IMG/VR virus record: IMGVR_UViG_3300027736_000021
Reading direction: 5' to 3' (one strand)
DNA: 64,000 nucleotides
From: a virus
In this document: piece by piece, positions 60,090 through 64,000 of the stretch
How positions within the stretch are numbered: the first letter of the stretch is position 1
Layout of the letters: the number at the start of each line of letters is the position of its first letter
Translations under genes and position numbers: made by a program
Notes under the pieces: model-generated
What the model was told of the DNA's origin: nothing
The model's input: the letters and a program-made list of their open reading frames with translations, nothing else
Database searches by the model: none

Positions 60090-60551
60090 ATGTTAGTATT
60101 GCCTGATGAAATGGTTGGTAGACCAGTAGCTTTTACCTGTTCAACATTTGATTTGTTACACGCAGGCCACATTCTAATGTTGGCTGAATGTAAACAGATT
60201 TGTGATTATCTAATTGTTGGTTTGCAAACAGACCCAACAATTGACCGACCTGATGTAAAAAATAAACCAGTTCAGTCTATTGTAGAAAGATATGTTCAAC
60301 TATCAGCTGTGAAGTTCGTAGATGAAATTATTGTTTATGATACTGAAAAAGACCTTGAAGATATGTTAATGTTCTTACCTATCACCATGCGTATTTGTGG
60401 TGAAGAATATAAAGAAAAACATTTGACAGGTCGTGATATCTGTGATAATCGTGGTATTAAAACATACTACAATTCTCGCACCCATCGGTTTAGTTCTTCC
60501 GAGTTAAGACAAAGAACTTATCAATCTGAATTAAATAAGGTAACAAAATGA
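60090..60551 (+). CDS. cytidylyltransferase (TagD-like)
   Basis: STFDLLHAGH HIGH motif, LIVGLQ.DP, R..RFSSS. Confidence 0.85.
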   Translation: MLVLPDEMVGRPVAFTCSTFDLLHAGHILMLAECKQICDYLIVGLQTDPTIDRPDVKNKPVQSIVERYVQLSAVKFVDEIIVYDTEKDLEDMLMFLPITMRICGEEYKEKHLTGRDICDNRGIKTYYNSRTHRFSSSELRQRTYQSELNKVTK

Positions 60552-60772
60552 ACATCCGTGAAATAGCAAAGAAATTGGCAATTGATAATAAGTTGCCACG
60601 TGCCGACAAGTATGACTTGTTTCTCCGTGAGTTTGACAATATGGTTGAACTTGTTGGTCTTGTTCAAGACCCAACCGCTGATATGAATGACTATCGTGGC
60701 CGTGAAATGTTATTTCCTAAACGATGGGTTACACTAGCAGTATTTCCTGCTTCGGAGCCAGTAAATGTATAA
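60548..60772 (+). CDS. hypothetical protein
   Basis: Intact coupled ORF. Confidence 0.55.
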   Translation: MNIREIAKKLAIDNKLPRADKYDLFLREFDNMVELVGLVQDPTADMNDYRGREMLFPKRWVTLAVFPASEPVNV

Positions 60773-60929
60773 AGTGTATTACTACAATTCTAATCAGTTT
60801 GTGGTGAATAAAGTTTTTAATACACTTACAGAGGCTACAGACTTTGCACTTAAACAATCAAAAGAAACCGTTGATTCAATTTTAGAGATTAAACATTATG
60901 ACGATAAAACTCCTTACACTCAAGACTAA
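60765..60929 (+). CDS. small hypothetical protein, 54 aa
   Basis: GGAG SD; MYKVYYY..FNTLTEATDFA. Confidence 0.5.
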   Translation: MYKVYYYNSNQFVVNKVFNTLTEATDFALKQSKETVDSILEIKHYDDKTPYTQD

Positions 60930-61209
60930 TCATACCCTTATGGGTAAAGTAACAGAGGACTTAATGGGTGCGGTTATTACCATTAAAGAACCCGTTCAAG
61001 TTGTCCAAGTTCCACCTCGAGCTCAGAATGATCCTGGCAGTATTGCATTTGCACCATTCTTAGAATATGCAACAGAGTTCAAAGAGGGTTTCAAAATTAA
61101 AAAAGATGATATTCTGGTCACATCTACACCAGTTGTTGAATTAGAAAATCAATATAACCAAATCTTTGGTAGTGGCATCACAATTGCCTCGTCAATCCCA
61201 AAAGTATGA
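60898..61209 (+). CDS. conserved hypothetical protein (Sm-like pattern)
   Basis: IKLLTLKT..IKEP..IAFAPF..YNQIFGSGI. Confidence 0.65.
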   Translation: MTIKLLTLKTNHTLMGKVTEDLMGAVITIKEPVQVVQVPPRAQNDPGSIAFAPFLEYATEFKEGFKIKKDDILVTSTPVVELENQYNQIFGSGITIASSIPKV

Positions 61210-61215
61210 TAGAAT
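61184..61215 (+). promoter_or_regulatory. TTGCCWCR-N18 class promoter before gp43
   Basis: TTGCCTCG-18-TAGAAT with TG. Confidence 0.55.
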
Positions 61216-61221
61216 GTATGA

Positions 61222-63759
61222 ATGACTAGTTATTATACAAATGTTGCAAGTGTAGGCAACAACATTCTCTATCGTGGCATTAAAGATGGCAGGCGAGTAA
61301 AAGGTAAGATACCATACTCGCCTACTTTGTTTTTGCCAAGTAAGAAACCTACCAAGTTCAAAACTCTCACAGGTGAACATCTTGAGCCAATGAAGTTTGA
61401 TTCTATTCGTGAGGCTCGTGATTTCGTAAAGCGTTACGATGAAGTTTCTAATTTCAAAATCTATGGTCAAACAAGGTATGAATATGCCTTTATTGCTGAC
61501 AACCATCAAGGCATGGTTGATTGGAACATAGAAGATATATCTATTGCTATCATTGATATTGAGGTTGGTTCAGAGAATGGATTTCCTGACCCATATCAAG
61601 CAAACGAACAGATTACTGCCGTGTGTATCAAATATCTTGGTGGTGATACTGTTGTCTTTGGTTGTGGTGAATATGAAACCAAAGGTGAAGAAAAATACAT
61701 TCGTTGCCAGGATGAGACCGATTTATGTAAAAAGTTTCTAGCCTACTGGCAAGAAAACACACCAGATGTTCTTTCTGGTTGGAACATTAAGTTCTTTGAT
61801 ATACCTTATCTTGTAAATCGTTTCAATAAGATTCTTGGTGAAGATGACACAAAGAAGTTATCACCATGGAATATGTTGAGTGAACGCAAGACAGTAATCA
61901 ATGGTCGTGAATTGATTGCATATGAATTTGTTGGTGTATCATTTCTTGATTACATTGAACTATACAGATGGTATGCTCCTGCAGGTAAATCACAAGATTC
62001 ATATAAACTAGACAACATCGCCAATGTAGAACTTGGCGACAGCAAACTATCGTTTGATGAGTATGATAATCTCCATGCTTTATATCGTTTAAACTATCAA
62101 AAGTTTATTGAGTATAATATCAAAGACGTTGAACTCATTGTGCGTATGGAAGAAAAGTTAAAGCTGATTGAACTTGGTATGACTTTGGCTTATGATACGA
62201 AAACAAACTACGAAGATATCTTTGCACAAACTCGTATGTGGGATTCAATGACATATGCGTATCTACTGGAGAAAGGCATTGTTGTTCCGCCAAAAGTTGT
62301 GCAAAGTAAAACATCGGCATTTGAAGGTGCTTATGTCAAAGACCCACAAGTTGGTATGCATAAGTGGGTGGCATCATTTGATTTGAACTCTTTGTATCCA
62401 CATTTAATGATGCAGTATTGTATTTCACCAGAGAATCTGATTGAAGTGGCTGATTATACTCCAGAGATGCGTGATATCATTTCTCGTGGTGTATCAGTTG
62501 AGAAGTTACTGAATAAAGAAATTGACCTATCAAAACTGAAAGGTGTTACTATCACACCAAATGGTCAATTTTTCCGAACAGATAAAAAAGGCTTTCTGCC
62601 TCAGATGTTGGAAGATATGTATGAAGATAGAAAGAAGTTTAAGAAATTGATGTTGAAGGCAAAACAAGAATATGAAAATGAACCTGACCTGAAGAAGAAG
62701 TATGAGATTGAAAAGAACATAGCAAAGTTTAATAATCTACAACTTGCTAAAAAGGTTTCGCTAAACTCCGCTTACGGTGCATTGGGTTCACAATACTTCC
62801 GTTTTTATGATTTGCGTATGGCTCTTGCAGTTACTTTGGCTGGTCAACTATCAATTCGTTGGATAGAAAACAAGATTAACGCCTACATGAACAAATTATT
62901 GGGAACAGAAAATGAGGACTATGTTATTGCGAGCGATACTGACTCCATCTATCTCCGTCTTGGAGAACTTGTGGAGAAGATTGTTGCAGGTAAGAATAAA
63001 TCAACTGAAGAAATCATCACCATCATGGATAAGGTCTGTGAAGATAAAATACAGCCGTATATTGATGAATCATACAATCAACTTGCAAATTACGTTAATG
63101 CGTATGCTCAAAAGATGCAAATGAAACGAGAATCGTTGGCAGATAAAGGTATCTGGACTGCCAAGAAGCGGTACATTCTCAATGTATATAACAACGAAGG
63201 TATTCAGTATAATGAACCACAGATGAAGGTCATGGGTCTTGAAATGATTAAGTCATCTACACCATCTTCTATCCGTGAAATGATGAAAGAATCTATTAAG
63301 ATTATGATGACCGGTACTGAAGATGATGTGCATAAATTTATTGAGGACTTTAGAATAAGGTTTAAGACTTTACCACCAGAAGAAATATCTTTTCCTCGTG
63401 GTCTGAATGGCTTAAAAGAATATTCTGATAGAGTTACCATGTATAAGAAAGGCACACCAATTCATGTGAAAGGTGCCATTATATACAATCACTATCTAAA
63501 AGAATTGGGTCTGACAAAACAATACCCATTGATTCAAGATGGTGAGAAGTTGAAGTTTACTTATCTAAAACAACCAAACCCATTCAAAGATATGGTCATT
63601 TCTTATCCTGTTCGTCTACCAAAAGAATTTGGCATACAAGAATATATTGACTATGATACTCAATTTGAAAAGGCATTTCTTGAACCAATCAAAGTGATTT
63701 TAGATTGTATGAATTGGACAACCGAAAAGAGTAGTTCATTGGAGGACTTCTTTGGATAA
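61222..63759 (+). CDS. gp43: family B DNA polymerase gp43
   Basis: DIEV exo I, SFDLNSLYP, KVSLNSAYG, SDTDS, KKRY; no intein or intron. Confidence 0.98.
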   Translation: MTSYYTNVASVGNNILYRGIKDGRRVKGKIPYSPTLFLPSKKPTKFKTLTGEHLEPMKFDSIREARDFVKRYDEVSNFKIYGQTRYEYAFIADNHQGMVDWNIEDISIAIIDIEVGSENGFPDPYQANEQITAVCIKYLGGDTVVFGCGEYETKGEEKYIRCQDETDLCKKFLAYWQENTPDVLSGWNIKFFDIPYLVNRFNKILGEDDTKKLSPWNMLSERKTVINGRELIAYEFVGVSFLDYIELYRWYAPAGKSQDSYKLDNIANVELGDSKLSFDEYDNLHALYRLNYQKFIEYNIKDVELIVRMEEKLKLIELGMTLAYDTKTNYEDIFAQTRMWDSMTYAYLLEKGIVVPPKVVQSKTSAFEGAYVKDPQVGMHKWVASFDLNSLYPHLMMQYCISPENLIEVADYTPEMRDIISRGVSVEKLLNKEIDLSKLKGVTITPNGQFFRTDKKGFLPQMLEDMYEDRKKFKKLMLKAKQEYENEPDLKKKYEIEKNIAKFNNLQLAKKVSLNSAYGALGSQYFRFYDLRMALAVTLAGQLSIRWIENKINAYMNKLLGTENEDYVIASDTDSIYLRLGELVEKIVAGKNKSTEEIITIMDKVCEDKIQPYIDESYNQLANYVNAYAQKMQMKRESLADKGIWTAKKRYILNVYNNEGIQYNEPQMKVMGLEMIKSSTPSSIREMMKESIKIMMTGTEDDVHKFIEDFRIRFKTLPPEEISFPRGLNGLKEYSDRVTMYKKGTPIHVKGAIIYNHYLKELGLTKQYPLIQDGEKLKFTYLKQPNPFKDMVISYPVRLPKEFGIQEYIDYDTQFEKAFLEPIKVILDCMNWTTEKSSSLEDFFG

Positions 63760-64000
63760 TATTCGTGTCATCAAAACAGGCATCAATGTTTCAAAGATAC
63801 TGAATCAATTGAAACAATATCCTGAAGATTGGGAACATCAAAAAGGATTAGATGGTGTTCAATCATTGGTTGACCGTGGCTTCGCTGACTTACCTGCTGG
63901 TGTATTACAGTTGGTGATTGGTGGTGTAACAGATGTAAAAGACTTTGTTGGTGATAGTGAGATTTGTATTCCAACTCCTGCGTTTCATCGACACACAGAG
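63752..64000 (+). CDS. N-terminus of an ORF truncated by the window end (TTG start); possibly a 2OG-Fe(II) hydroxylase-like protein
   Basis: GGAGGA SD; MDNIRVIKTGINVSKIL.QLKQYPEDW..LQLVIGGV, open to the window end; catalytic motifs not visible. Confidence 0.5.
   Translation, partial: MDNIRVIKTGINVSKILNQLKQYPEDWEHQKGLDGVQSLVDRGFADLPAGVLQLVIGGVTDVKDFVGDSEICIPTPAFHRHTE

Noticed and set aside
61222-63759. Intein or intron in gp43 (also checked gp17, gp20, gp23)
   Set aside because: Lengths are typical, frames are continuous and no splicing motifs are seen

Overview
A 64-kb segment of an AT-rich T4-like myophage genome, coded almost entirely on the + strand. 1-24.1 kb is a large array of tail fibre/adhesin and chaperone genes built from repeated modules. 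24.1-39.2 kb is the core virion block (gp13-gp23, gp3), with a Dps/ferritin gene between the terminase subunits. 39.2-64 kb is the replication/recombination block (uvsY, uvsW, gp55, gp47, gp46, CobT/CobS-like pair, gp45, gp44, gp62, regA, dCMP deaminase, gp43) with accessory genes. The best candidate new system is a DUF4338/DruA-like (possibly GNAT/Mom-like) gene at 46929-48260 followed directly by a non-canonical tRNA-Gly(UCC) at 48320-48388 with its own promoter. The RNA keeps the GlyRS identity elements but has a vestigial D-arm and a GUGC T-loop, suggesting a dedicated non-ribosomal glycyl donor, possibly for DNA hypermodification. Other signals: two genes that appear to start at AUC in a near-identical RBS context, a TTGCCWCR-N18-(-10) promoter class found four times, a 5'-UTR H-type pseudoknot before a winged-helix gene, a structured RNA after regA, exact repeat anchors bounding variable adhesin tips, and recurring terminal peptide motifs among fibre proteins. 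Family assignments come from motif recognition by eye; no database searches were run.
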